This document shows positions 1-9,238 of a DNA stretch of 64,000 nt, piece after piece. Location: positions 1 through 64,000 of the forward strand of contig JBEQBC010000003.1 of NCBI GenBank assembly GCA_041640035.1, in the 5' to 3' direction. The DNA comes from Candidatus Nanohaloarchaea archaeon. Its GTDB lineage: Archaea; Nanohalarchaeota; Nanosalinia; Nanosalinales; Nanosalinaceae. The position numbers and the translations under genes were made by a program. A model generated the notes under the pieces. It saw only the letters and a program-made list of their open reading frames with translations. It had not been told where the DNA came from and did no database searches. Every line of letters starts with the position of its first letter. Position 1 is the first letter of the stretch.

Positions 1-187
1 TTTCGGAAAGGTATTCTGCTATTTCTCTGATCTTTTCGTCGGTCTGCTGGACATCTAGAACTGCCAGCTGGTTCTTCTTTACATGGAAGATGTACTGTTC
101 CATGTCCTTTGTTTGGCTTCTGGTTCCGATATGTACGCCGTTAGCCAGGTACTCATCCCGGTCGATTAGGAGTTCTTCTTCGCTCAT
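1..187 (-). CDS. rps2: 30S ribosomal protein S2 (5' part; runs off window start)
   Basis: Manual translation MSEEELLIDRDEYLANGVHIGTRSQTKDMEQYIFHVKKNQLAVLDV matches the uS2 N-terminal GVHIG motif; usual rpoK-eno-rps2 order. Confidence 0.93.
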   Translation of the reverse strand, partial: MSEEELLIDRDEYLANGVHIGTRSQTKDMEQYIFHVKKNQLAVLDVQQTDEKIREIAEYLSE

Positions 188-233
188 AGACCTGAAGTTG
201 TAGAATAAAAGTTAAATAAGAGGGAGACTGGCG

Positions 234-413
234 TTACGAAGACCCGCTTTCAGCCTTTCTGACACGGTAAAGCATACCTGCAGACCAGAGAATACCGGCC
301 GATAGAGGTACCCCGAATTTCAGTTCCGGACTTGTCAACCACTGCTCCGAAAGTATACCTGCTACAAACACTGTTAATACTCCGGTAACGCTTTCCAGGA
401 ACAGCCGGTTCAT
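234..413 (-). CDS. Small hypothetical membrane protein, 59 aa
   Basis: Manual ORF MNRLFLESVTGVLTVFVAGILSEQW...GVPLSAGILWSAGMLYRVRKAESGSS with two hydrophobic stretches; purine-rich GAGTGAGGA upstream; fills the eno-rps2 gap; below the ORF track cutoff. Confidence 0.65.
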   Translation of the reverse strand: MNRLFLESVTGVLTVFVAGILSEQWLTSPELKFGVPLSAGILWSAGMLYRVRKAESGSS

Positions 414-425
414 ATATCCTCACTC

Positions 426-1556
426 TCAGAAACTCATGCTTTTGTTCAATTCTGGGTTCTTCATCTCGTCCCAAAGCCTCATCAACCGGTTCAGTTTCGC
501 GATCCTGATATCAGCTATACCAGCCTTAATTATCGGACATTCCCATTCCAATGCCAGGTCAGCTATAGTTGCATCACATGTCTCTCCGCTTCTGTGGGAA
601 ATAACCGGTGTGTAGTCTTCTTCTTTCGCTACTTCTACTGTTCTTTTGGCCTGTGAAACTGTTCCAATCTGATTAGGTTTCACAATAAGGGAGTTACATG
701 CTCCGTTCTCCACACCTTCTCTTAACCGGGTTTTGTTCGTGGTGAACAGGTCGTCCCCGCATATCAGTACATCCGGGTTGGCGCGTGTAAGCTCAGCGTG
801 ATGCCTAAAGTCCTCTTGATCGAACGGGTCCTCTACATATACAAGTTCAAACTCGTTGATCAGTTTCTGGATGAACTTGCGGTGCTCTTCAGGGCTGTTC
901 ACCTGGTTGACAGAGTCCAGGTGGTATTTGCCATTTTCATATAGCTCGCCTGCAGCTACATCCAGTCCAATCCGTGCGTCGTGACGGTCCGCGACTTTCT
1001 TCAATACTTTCAGAGTTTTTTCGTCGTCCATCGAGGTGATCAAGGCACCTTCGTCGTTCATTCCTTTGATCTTTGATGCGTAATTTTCCTTCAGGTCCTG
1101 GTATATTGCAGTGTTAGTTTTCAGTGCTTCAGGAAAGCTTTCTGCGTTGACAGGCAGAACAAGGAATTCCTGGATGCTTGTGTTCCCGCCGTGTTCTCCG
1201 CCTCCAATCACATTGCTTAGCGGTAATGGGAACTTCTTGCTGTGATCGAATCCCTGTGCATTCTTGTAGGCGAAGCTTGAGGCGATCGCTGTCGCACCTA
1301 GTCTTGAGAAGTCGTGCGTGTCGTCTAGTGTTTTGAGTTTGTCGTCGAACTCTTTCTGTGTGAGATCCATTCCTTCCAGGTTTTTCAGCAGCCCTCTGAT
1401 CTCTGGAAGGTTGTCGGGCACGAAGCATTTGGCCTCGTGGGTTCCTGTGGATGCTCCTGAAGGTGCTTTTCCGTAATCGCCGTTTATTTCAGTTTCTACT
1501 GTGGGTTGTGTACGGGAGTCTATGATTTCTCGGACCTCTAGTTTCCGTATCTTCAT
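426..1556 (-). CDS. eno: Enolase (compact, 376 aa)
   Basis: PSGASTG, QEFL, DEG, GLDVAA, EDPF, GDDLF, KPNQIG and SHRSGET motifs. Confidence 0.96.
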   Translation of the reverse strand: MKIRKLEVREIIDSRTQPTVETEINGDYGKAPSGASTGTHEAKCFVPDNLPEIRGLLKNLEGMDLTQKEFDDKLKTLDDTHDFSRLGATAIASSFAYKNAQGFDHSKKFPLPLSNVIGGGEHGGNTSIQEFLVLPVNAESFPEALKTNTAIYQDLKENYASKIKGMNDEGALITSMDDEKTLKVLKKVADRHDARIGLDVAAGELYENGKYHLDSVNQVNSPEEHRKFIQKLINEFELVYVEDPFDQEDFRHHAELTRANPDVLICGDDLFTTNKTRLREGVENGACNSLIVKPNQIGTVSQAKRTVEVAKEEDYTPVISHRSGETCDATIADLALEWECPIIKAGIADIRIAKLNRLMRLWDEMKNPELNKSMSF

Positions 1557-1703
1557 ATAATAGTAATTACTGGATTACCTCGGTATTAAGTCTAATCCAA
1601 AACTTGTTCAAAACTCCAAACGGAGAGGTTGTTTGATAGAAAAAATTTCCCCTTTCAGTGGTGGTTAAGAATAAGTGAGAAGGGATATGTGGTGGAGCGT
1701 GTT

Positions 1704-1868
1704 TCAGCTCTTCACTGTGATCGGGAGTTTTCCTTCCTCAAGTTCCTTCTTCGCTATTTCGAGTGGTTTCTCTCTTCCTTCGTAATCGACGAATGGTGGT
1801 GCTCCCATTGCGATCTGAAGGCTTCTTGCTCCCAGTACCCGTGCTTTCTCGTATCTTGTGTAACTCAT
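1704..1868 (-). CDS. rpoK: RNA polymerase subunit K (Rpo6), 54 aa
   Basis: Manual translation MSYTRYEKARVLGARSLQIAMGAPP...ELEEGKLPITVKS is the Rpo6 signature; missed by the ORF track. Confidence 0.95.
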   Translation of the reverse strand: MSYTRYEKARVLGARSLQIAMGAPPFVDYEGREKPLEIAKKELEEGKLPITVKS

Positions 1869-1876
1869 TGTATTAT

Positions 1877-2647
1877 TCAACCTATGTATCCTAGATCGTT
1901 GCCGCCGCCCTGCTGCTTGTCCTGGTCAGGGCTCTGCTGATTTTGTAGTTTCTGAAGTTTTTTAAGTACTTCCTGTGATTCCTCAACTTTCTTGTCCAGT
2001 TCGCTGTAATCCAGTTCTACATGCATAATGCTTTCAAGAGCGTTCAGAACTGCCTCAGTGGATTTTGGATCACTCAAAAGGAATCCTGGTGTTTCTCCGA
2101 GCAGACAGATACCTGGCAGATCTTGGTCCTGCGCTTCTGAAAGCAGTAGTCCTGATACTCCTACTATCTGGTCGACATCGTGTTCGAACCGTACTCCGTG
2201 TTCGCTGTACTCGTCCTTCAGGTTTTCTTCTGTCACTGCTCCGAATACTTCAGGATCTTCTACTACATCTCCTGTTCCGTATCCTCCTACTGTGAGGACT
2301 TTGGATACATCGTTGTCTTCAGCGAAGTCTGTTATTTTTCTTGCTACTTCGTGGTGTCCTTCAGGTGTCTGTGCCTGTGCGTTTCCTTCGATTAGGATGT
2401 AGTCTTCGTTTTCTGTATGGAGCTGGTAGACGCTGTTCTTCATTTTTTCGACTGTTTTGTCGTCTTTTACTATTGTGTAAGGTGGGAAGTGGTCGCTGTG
2501 TAGCTCTCCGATTTTCTCTGCTTCAAGGTCTTCGGCTAGATAGCTTACTACATTTCTTCCTATGTGGCCTATTCCTGCTAGGCCTTCTATTAGTACAGGG
2601 TTTTCGAGTTCTGGCTGTTTTTCTAGTTTGAGTTCGGTTCTTGTCAT
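1877..2647 (-). CDS. PAC2-family proteasome assembly chaperone
   Basis: IEGLAGIGHIG, HFPP, GGYGTG, IVGVSGLL, CLLGET, DPKS; position downstream of nop10; start placed at MTRTEL. Confidence 0.88.
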   Translation of the reverse strand: MTRTELKLEKQPELENPVLIEGLAGIGHIGRNVVSYLAEDLEAEKIGELHSDHFPPYTIVKDDKTVEKMKNSVYQLHTENEDYILIEGNAQAQTPEGHHEVARKITDFAEDNDVSKVLTVGGYGTGDVVEDPEVFGAVTEENLKDEYSEHGVRFEHDVDQIVGVSGLLLSEAQDQDLPGICLLGETPGFLLSDPKSTEAVLNALESIMHVELDYSELDKKVEESQEVLKKLQKLQNQQSPDQDKQQGGGNDLGYIG

Positions 2648-2654
2648 AAAAATT

Positions 2655-2795
2655 TCAGCTCCGTTTTGTTTTTCTCCGGTATTCTCCGTAGTTGTCTGGG
2701 TAAGAGAATTTAGGTGGTCGAGTGGTTTCTGTTTCTTCACCGCAGTGTTTCTCTTTCAGTGTGTATGATTTACATTTGACGCATTTTTTAATCAA
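2655..2795 (-). CDS. nop10: H/ACA RNP protein Nop10, 46 aa (TTG start)
   Basis: Manual translation (M)IKKCVKCKSYTLKEKHCGEETETTRPPKFSYPDNYGEYRR; AAGGAGG RBS upstream; conserved aIF2a-nop10 order. Confidence 0.92.
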   Translation of the reverse strand: MIKKCVKCKSYTLKEKHCGEETETTRPPKFSYPDNYGEYRRKTKRS

Positions 2796-2836
2796 GGGTT
2801 CCAAAACCTCCTTTTCTACAGGTCAAATAAGAGTTC

Positions 2837-3595
2837 TCAAGCTTTCGAGAATTCGAATTCGCCGTCAAGCTCCTCTGCCTTGTTTCTTACCTGGTCAAGT
2901 GTCTTGTCCATTTTCTTTTTCGCCAGTTCCTTTGTCCGGCCCCAGGCAGTGATGGAGTAGTTTGGTGCAGAAACATACTTTATCTCGACGCCTTCGTGAT
3001 CGTTTGCTACGGCTTTCTTGATTCTTTCAAGTCCGTTGCTCTGGTTGAACCTGAGCTCGATTTCTCCTTCAAGCTTCTCTTTCTTCAGGTCGATGTTGTC
3101 CTCTGCTACTTCCTGTACTGCTGTAAGTGTTTCTTCGTCGAAAAGGTCTTCTAGTTGGTCTTCCTTTCCTACGGAGATTTCGAATCCGTGGAAGCTTGAG
3201 TCGAACTTTCGCTGCATCGGGAACGCTATTTCCTCTATAGCTGTTTCCTTGTCCATTCCTAGTTTTTCAGCTACCTGTTCTATGAATTCTTCTGCTTTCT
3301 GTTCTTTGTTCCATCGGCTCATTGCCTCTCGTTTCTGTTTATCGTTTACACGCTTGATGGAGAGGCTGATGTTGTTTTCGTCTTCGGCTTCTACTACCTG
3401 TGCTACTGTTTTCTCTCCTTCGCTGAGTTCTTTGTTGATGTCCTGTACCCAGGATCTAGAAACTTCTGATATATGAATAAGTCCGCTTAGGTCTTCGTAT
3501 TCGTCTAGTTCTGCATAGGCAGAGTTCTGATCTATATCTGTAAGGGTTATTACGACTAGGTCGCCTTCATCCGGGATTTCTTTGTACCATTTCAT
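2837..3595 (-). CDS. eif2a: Translation initiation factor aIF2 subunit alpha
   Basis: S1 domain PDEGDLVV...LDEY..LSGLIHISEVS and C-terminal YVSAPNY. Confidence 0.94.
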   Translation of the reverse strand: MKWYKEIPDEGDLVVITLTDIDQNSAYAELDEYEDLSGLIHISEVSRSWVQDINKELSEGEKTVAQVVEAEDENNISLSIKRVNDKQKREAMSRWNKEQKAEEFIEQVAEKLGMDKETAIEEIAFPMQRKFDSSFHGFEISVGKEDQLEDLFDEETLTAVQEVAEDNIDLKKEKLEGEIELRFNQSNGLERIKKAVANDHEGVEIKYVSAPNYSITAWGRTKELAKKKMDKTLDQVRNKAEELDGEFEFSKA

Positions 3596-3673
3596 TTTCT
3601 TTGTTGTTCACCTATGCAGGTCTTGAAAAGTTTGAATAGAGAGTAAAAAATGTTGCTTCTTCCGGAAGGTTTT

Positions 3674-3847
3674 TTATTCCGGACTGAGTGTTTCTACTAC
3701 TTTTCCGTTGAGTTCAGGCTTTCCGCCCTTTGGATCTGCGATTACTGTGCTGCAAACCAGGCATTCTACTTCTGATGCTGCTCTTGAGAAGATTGTCTGC
3801 TGGTTTCCGCATTCTTCGCATTCTACTCTTAGAAAGTCTTGTGCCAT
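3674..3847 (-). CDS. rps27e: 30S ribosomal protein S27e, 57 aa
   Basis: Manual translation MAQDFLRVECEECGNQQTIFSRAASEVECLVCSTVIADPKGGK. Confidence 0.95.
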   Translation of the reverse strand: MAQDFLRVECEECGNQQTIFSRAASEVECLVCSTVIADPKGGKPELNGKVVETLSPE

Positions 3848-3855
3848 TAATTATT

Positions 3856-4158
3856 TCACCTCTCGATCTCGAATTTTGCTGCTCTGATGGCGTCTTTAGG
3901 TTTGTTTGACTTTCCGCATTCCTGACACTGGAACTGAAGATCTCTCTTCTTGGATGTCGGGTTCTTTCCTCCACGGCTTCTGATTGCCGGGTTCTCGTAT
4001 GGGAATGAACCGTATCCGTGGTCGATCTTTCGCTGTCTCTTTCGGAACTTCTTTCTCATCTTTCCGTCAGGTCTTCCAGTTACTTCTTTCACTGTCTGAG
4101 TTGTATGCTGGTCGCAGTGTGGACAGTACCTTTTCTGCTCTTTTGGAATCTTGACCAT
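3856..4158 (-). CDS. rpl44e: 50S ribosomal protein L44e
   Basis: MVKIPK..RYCPHCDQHT...KKRDLQFQCQECGK; L44e-S27e-aIF2a cluster. Confidence 0.94.
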   Translation of the reverse strand: MVKIPKEQKRYCPHCDQHTTQTVKEVTGRPDGKMRKKFRKRQRKIDHGYGSFPYENPAIRSRGGKNPTSKKRDLQFQCQECGKSNKPKDAIRAAKFEIER

Positions 4159-4190
4159 ACTAGACAAGTATAGAATAAATCTTTAAAAGG

Positions 4191-4832
4191 TCACTTATCC
4201 GGTGACCTGATTTCCGTACCATCAGCATCCTCAGGATCGACAATATTCTCATTATCCGCATAGAAAACCTTCGTCCTGATACCCGACCGCTCAATCAAAC
4301 GAAGAGCCGACTCATCAACAACAGAATAAGTTCCAGGTTCATTTTTACCGCCAGTCAGTTCAAGAAGCTCCTCAACCGTGATCTCATCGAACTTCTCAGC
4401 ATCTTCGTCCTCCTCAGGATCACCGGAATAGATGCCGTCAACACGCGTTGCGATGTACAGGTCGGCGTCAAGAAGTTCTGCGACTGTTGCTGCGACCGCA
4501 TCGGTTGAGTATCCTGGTACGAGTCCGCCGGTTACTACATTTTTGCCGGTGGATGCTGCTTTCTGTATTTCTTCAGGTTTCTCAGGTACCTCGGGATAGC
4601 TGTCTTCGATCTCTGTGAGAAGTGTCTGTGCGTGAAGCCGGGTCGCTTTGATACCTATGAGGTCTTTCTCTCCTTTGTTACCTTCGACAGCTTTCTGGTA
4701 TTTGCTTAGTCCTCCTGCGCCTGTTACGATTATCTTCTGTTCTTCGCCTGAGTTCAGTGCTTCTGCCAGTTCAGTTATGTTGTCTAGTTTGTCTCTTATG
4801 ATTGATCCACTTATCGCGTATACTTCTGTCAT
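4191..4832 (-). CDS. pyrH: UMP kinase (archaeal type)
   Basis: ISGSI, VTGAGG, DLIGIKAT, GGLVPGYSTDAVAA, VDGIYSGDP. Confidence 0.9.
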   Translation of the reverse strand: MTEVYAISGSIIRDKLDNITELAEALNSGEEQKIIVTGAGGLSKYQKAVEGNKGEKDLIGIKATRLHAQTLLTEIEDSYPEVPEKPEEIQKAASTGKNVVTGGLVPGYSTDAVAATVAELLDADLYIATRVDGIYSGDPEEDEDAEKFDEITVEELLELTGGKNEPGTYSVVDESALRLIERSGIRTKVFYADNENIVDPEDADGTEIRSPDK

Positions 4833-5497
4833 TCTACTACCTCTGCATTCCCACGGTTTACAAGTATCTCTGCGTTTTCCTCAGGGATTGCTGCCTCTTC
4901 ACCTTCCTCGAACGGTCCATAAGGTTCCAGGTCTGTTCCCATAAACTCAGGTACATCTGATGTGATTTTCACCAGTTCGTATCCGTCCTCAACATCTTGA
5001 CCTTCGTTTTCTTCCTCTTCTTCTGTTTTGTTTTCCTCATTTTCCATGGTTTCTTCCATCTGGACAGGTTCATCTGTTTCTATATCAGTTTCAGTTTCTT
5101 CTCCCTCTGTTTCTTCAGTATTTGATTCATTTGTTTCTACTTTCTGTACGGAGGTTGTGTCGATGCGGTCTTCTATCCTTGTACGGTGATTTTTGAAGTC
5201 TTTTTTGATTTCTCTGAATAGTTCCTGTTCGCTGGGTAGCAAGTTGAGGTTACCTGCGTTTAGATCTGTCTTAACGGCTATCTGTGCCTGTCTGTATATC
5301 TTTTTCTCTCTGAGTGATATTATTTTGTCGAATACGCGTTTGGCGTTGTTGAATTCTCTGTCCTCTCCTAGTTCCTCTTTGTTTGCAAGGTATTCGGAGA
5401 CTTGTCTGAAGAAGTTTTCATCCAGCTCTGTTAGTTCGTCCTGTCTTTTCTCTGATTTCTGTACTTTTCGGAGTTCGCTGAATGTGAGAGGATCCAT
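4829..5497 (-). CDS. GINS subunit (Gins51/15-like) with acidic linker
   Basis: LTELDENFF, REKKI, LLPSEQELF; C-terminal VPEFMGTDLEPYGPF...ENAEILV B-domain; adjacent to primase and PCNA. Confidence 0.85.
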   Translation of the reverse strand: MDPLTFSELRKVQKSEKRQDELTELDENFFRQVSEYLANKEELGEDREFNNAKRVFDKIISLREKKIYRQAQIAVKTDLNAGNLNLLPSEQELFREIKKDFKNHRTRIEDRIDTTSVQKVETNESNTEETEGEETETDIETDEPVQMEETMENEENKTEEEEENEGQDVEDGYELVKITSDVPEFMGTDLEPYGPFEEGEEAAIPEENAEILVNRGNAEVVE

Positions 5498-5534
5498 TTT
5501 CTATAGAAATAGTCGCGGTGTAAACTTTTTTACC

Positions 5535-6920
5535 TTACTCAATCTTCCTGACTTTGTCATCTTCGTTACAGGTCTGGACATGTTTCTTGTAGTAGCTCTC
5601 CATCTCGTATGTTTTACCGCAGTAAGGACATTCAAATGTGTCTTCATCATCCTCTTCATCGCCGCCTCCGTCCTCCTTCCGGGCCTTTCTGAAAGCATAA
5701 CTTACAGGGTTAGGAACTTTTTCCTCAAGGTTGTCGCCTTCGTATACCTGCATATCCTTGTAGTAGCCTTTGGAATCGTAGTTCGGTGGTGGAACAGTCT
5801 CGTCCCTTTTCCGGTGCCAGTTCAGTTGGCCTTTTACATAGCTTTCACGCAGCTCCTCCTTGTTCTCACTATTCCATTCCCAGATCTTGGACTCTATCTC
5901 CTCCCAGGAATATCCAACTGTTCGGAAGAAATTGATCAAAATAAACAAAGCTCTTTTTCGACCATCTTCCAGGCCGTCAAGAATATTGTTTATGGTTGGC
6001 GGGAAGTACTTCTCCGGTACTGCTTCATCCGGCCTGTCGAACTCTTTCTCCTCGCTTTCGATCCTTTTCTCTCTTTTCTCTTTTTTCCTGCTTTCGATGA
6101 AGTCCAGTGCCTGTACAACCAGGTTGCGGGCTTCATCTTCCTCAAAGCTATCTAGGAAGCCGGTTTCAAAATCAATCTTATCGATTTCCGCGTCTTCTTT
6201 CTCGAAATCCTGTATCTCGTCGATCTCTATCGGCTTGGAGACAAGCCAGCTTTTGTCGTTGATGGAGTAAGGCATACGGAAGAGATGTCTCTGACCCCAG
6301 TCATTCTCTACATCCGCTACCTGGAATGGATCTAGGCCGTTATCTGTCTGCATCTCTTCCTCAAAGCCGTATTCTTTTACTAGGTTTTCTACTTCGTCTT
6401 TGATGTTTTTTCTTATGTAGTCGATTATTCCGCGGGGTAGTTCGGGGTAGTGGTCGGCTATCTCTGTTTCTTCTGCTTCTTCTGGGAATGCTTCTTCTCT
6501 TACGCCTATGTGGAATCCTCTGTTGCCTGAGAATTTGACCGAGATGTGATCTATTCCGTGGTGCTGGAGTTCCTGTATAACTAGTTCTGCTACATCTTTT
6601 GAGAGTTCGAAGCTTTCGTCACAGTCGATATCGATGACAAGGTCCCAGCCTGTCCTGAGATCGTTTAATGTGCTTACTTTATCGATGAGTAAGGGGTTTC
6701 TCCATCGTTCGACTGATGCGTGGAATGCGATTGCTCCGTCTTCAACGAGCTGGGTGAAGTCGCCGGGAAAGTTGATCGCGTCAGGACGTTTTCCGTAGCC
6801 CTGTGGATATGTGGGAGCGATTTCTCGGTACTGGCAGAGTTCGACTATTCGTTCTACCAGTTCTTCCTGCTGGTAGTACTGTCTTATCTTCCAGTCCTGT
6901 GGTTTTTCCCGCTCCCCCAT
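5535..6920 (-). CDS. Single-chain DNA primase (PriS catalytic domain fused to PriL/PriX-like domain), DPANN type, with C-terminal Zn finger
   Basis: WDLVIDID, KFSGNRGFH, HLFRMPYS; then FPPTI..ILDGLEDGRKRALFILINF; tail CPYC..H...C. Confidence 0.9.
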   Translation of the reverse strand: MGEREKPQDWKIRQYYQQEELVERIVELCQYREIAPTYPQGYGKRPDAINFPGDFTQLVEDGAIAFHASVERWRNPLLIDKVSTLNDLRTGWDLVIDIDCDESFELSKDVAELVIQELQHHGIDHISVKFSGNRGFHIGVREEAFPEEAEETEIADHYPELPRGIIDYIRKNIKDEVENLVKEYGFEEEMQTDNGLDPFQVADVENDWGQRHLFRMPYSINDKSWLVSKPIEIDEIQDFEKEDAEIDKIDFETGFLDSFEEDEARNLVVQALDFIESRKKEKREKRIESEEKEFDRPDEAVPEKYFPPTINNILDGLEDGRKRALFILINFFRTVGYSWEEIESKIWEWNSENKEELRESYVKGQLNWHRKRDETVPPPNYDSKGYYKDMQVYEGDNLEEKVPNPVSYAFRKARKEDGGGDEEDDEDTFECPYCGKTYEMESYYKKHVQTCNEDDKVRKIE

Positions 6921-7055
6921 TTGTCTATTTCACTTTTGGTTTGAAAGGTAAAAAAGCCCGTTCTATACTCTGATTTTTCTTGATGTAGCTGCTGCTGATA
7001 GCATTTAGAACAGAATTAAAGTAAAAGAGTAAGAATGGTTTTGTCGACTGTTGAA

Positions 7056-7808
7056 TCAGTCTTCCTCGATTCTTGGTGCGAGAACAAAGCTCAGGTTCGC
7101 TTCATCTGGGATAACGAACTCGAGTCTCATCGGGAAGTCCTGTCCTAGCTTGACTCCTACATTGTCGGAGAGTTTCTTGCCTCCGATCATCTTGGATAGG
7201 TAGTCAAGGCTGAACATGGATTTGGCTTCTCCTCCTTCAAGGCTGATGACTCCTGGTGAGTCGCCTGTAATTGTGAATGATGCGTTGCTCTGATCTCCTT
7301 CTGCGCTGATGTTGATCTGGTCGCCGTCAGCGGTTACTGTTACTGAGTCGGATACGACCATTGCGTCCTTGATTGCGCTTTCAAGTACTGAGGTGTCCAG
7401 TTCTGCTTCTACTGTGAAGTCTAGCTGGTCTGTGCTTGGGATGTCGTCTTCTGACAGGTTTAGTATTGGTAGTGAGAAGTTTCGTGTTGAAGAGCTTTCC
7501 ATTGTGATGTGGAACTGTGAGTTTTCCTCGTCCAGTTCGAAGGTGATTGTGTCGTCGCTGTTTGCTCTTCTGAGGATTGAGTAAAAGTTCTCTAGGTTCA
7601 GACCGACTTTAGTTTCCTCGTCTAGTTCGTAGTTTTCGAATACTTCTTTCTCTATTTTGAAGTCTACGAGTCCGACCATTGCCGGGTCTGCTGCGACTAG
7701 TTTGATTCCGTCTTCCTGCAGCTGGAATAGTCCTTCGCTGATCAGGTCGGAGATGGTTTTCATGGAGTCTTTGATGAGGCTTACTTCTTCTGTTTCTGCT
7801 TTGAACAC
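7056..7808 (-). CDS. pcn: DNA polymerase sliding clamp PCNA
   Basis: ADPAMVGLVD, FSLDYL, DFPM, FVLAPRIE; GTG start at 7808 chosen from a GGTGA RBS (track start 7817). Confidence 0.95.
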   Translation of the reverse strand: MFKAETEEVSLIKDSMKTISDLISEGLFQLQEDGIKLVAADPAMVGLVDFKIEKEVFENYELDEETKVGLNLENFYSILRRANSDDTITFELDEENSQFHITMESSSTRNFSLPILNLSEDDIPSTDQLDFTVEAELDTSVLESAIKDAMVVSDSVTVTADGDQINISAEGDQSNASFTITGDSPGVISLEGGEAKSMFSLDYLSKMIGGKKLSDNVGVKLGQDFPMRLEFVIPDEANLSFVLAPRIEED

Positions 7809-7823
7809 TGAAATCACCTATTG

Positions 7824-8156
7824 TTATTGACTGGTGTTAACAACTTTTTTAACTTTGTTGTGGAGTTCTGAATCAATGCTTGAGAAGTCCTGCACGATCT
7901 CTCCCTGGATCTCGAAGCTGTCCGGTGTTGGCAGTACTCGGCCCAGAACACGGATCCGGTCCTGTTCTTCAACTCCCTGAAGAAGGTCTTCTTCAAGGAA
8001 TACTTCGGTGCTTCCTGTTCCGTCGTCCAGGGTAAGTGAGTCCTCTGATTTGGAAAGTACTGTGCCTACTATTCTTACACGGATATCGGACTGAGGTGAG
8101 ATATCCTCTATGTCCCTTGGTTCGGCTGCAGCTCTTCTCTGTCTTTCTTCTGGCAT
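7824..8156 (-). CDS. Single OB-fold protein, RPA small-subunit-like
   Basis: RVRIVGTV...LDDGTG...IRVLGRV OB-fold pattern; co-oriented upstream of PCNA. Confidence 0.75.
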   Translation of the reverse strand: MPEERQRRAAAEPRDIEDISPQSDIRVRIVGTVLSKSEDSLTLDDGTGSTEVFLEEDLLQGVEEQDRIRVLGRVLPTPDSFEIQGEIVQDFSSIDSELHNKVKKVVNTSQ

Positions 8157-8239
8157 ATCTAGAAAAACTCGTCCAAATGTTATAACTCTTCCCCGGTTTT
8201 TTCCGAAGTTTCAAATACCACCGAACCGGTACTTAAATC

Positions 8240-8833
8240 ATGGATCTGACTGGGAAGAAAGGTGAACAGGCAGCGGAAGGCGTACAGAACATCTCACAGC
8301 GCCTGGAAGAACTTGAATCACATATCAACGCGCTTGATGATGCGGTACAGGACAACCAGGATAAGATCCAGAACTTCTCTTCGATTGAAAGCACAGTCGC
8401 TAACCTGAGATTTGAACTTGGAAACTACTTCACGAACTACAATAACCGTATACAATCACTGGAAGGTATGCGTGACTCGGTTGAAGAAGATATCAACAGT
8501 AACTCTGACAGGATTTCAGGACTTGAGAAGATGAATATCAAGCTAGAGGACCGGCTTGATGACCTCGAAGACAGTGTTGAGGAGAACAGCGAGTCGCTCT
8601 CAGAGATCAAGAACCAGGTTGAAAGTCTTCAAGAAGATATAGATAATATTGAGGCCCGCAGTGAGGAAGCTGATACTTCAGAGTTTGATGACAAGATTGA
8701 TCAGAAGGTTGATCGTAACCGGTTCAAGAGCAGGCAGCGAGCTGTTAATCATGAAATCAACAAGCTCCGTACCTCTATTAACGCTTTAGCGGATAGTATA
8801 GATGAAAATGATAAGATAGAGATTGATAACTAG
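8240..8833 (+). CDS. Hypothetical long coiled-coil protein
   Basis: Continuous heptad pattern over about 170 aa, acidic. Confidence 0.75.
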   Translation: MDLTGKKGEQAAEGVQNISQRLEELESHINALDDAVQDNQDKIQNFSSIESTVANLRFELGNYFTNYNNRIQSLEGMRDSVEEDINSNSDRISGLEKMNIKLEDRLDDLEDSVEENSESLSEIKNQVESLQEDIDNIEARSEEADTSEFDDKIDQKVDRNRFKSRQRAVNHEINKLRTSINALADSIDENDKIEIDN

Positions 8834-8853
8834 AGTTTCTCAAAAATAATTCT

Positions 8854-9186
8854 CTAGTCGTATTCCTTGTGAACATTCCCACATTCTGTGCATCTGTAGA
8901 ATCTTGTAGGTGGTTCGTCTGATGCACGGGTCTGTTCCATCCAGAACTCACATTCCATGTTCCCACATTTTGGACATTCCTTCTCTGTTGTCGGGTTCAT
9001 GGTTTCTTCTTCGCCTTCTTCGTTCACATTCAGGCGGTCCATTGGATCGTCTTCTTTTTCCTCGGTGACTTTGTAGTCTTCTTCGTCTGCGTCCTGTACC
9101 TGTCCGCAGTTACGGCATTTCATCACATTTCCGTCGTCGGTTTTCTCGGAGACAAGCATGCCTCCACAATCATCACAGAAGTCCAT
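8854..9186 (-). CDS. tfs: Transcription factor S (TFS)
   Basis: FCDDCG...CRNCG and CPKCG...QTRASDEPPTRFYRCTECG. Confidence 0.95.
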   Translation of the reverse strand: MDFCDDCGGMLVSEKTDDGNVMKCRNCGQVQDADEEDYKVTEEKEDDPMDRLNVNEEGEEETMNPTTEKECPKCGNMECEFWMEQTRASDEPPTRFYRCTECGNVHKEYD

Positions 9187-9238
9187 GGTGACAGATATTA
9201 GACAAGAAATTCTTTTATAACCTATCAATACCCTTCAT

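Noticed and set aside
1629-1940. Plus-strand 103-aa ORF
   Set aside because: Antisense to the real rpoK gene (1704-1868)
5193-6155. Long plus-strand ORF (320 aa) and many similar S/F/L-rich ORFs, e.g. 26511-27149 and 62831-63493
   Set aside because: Antisense shadows of acidic, GAA/GAC-rich real genes; no motifs
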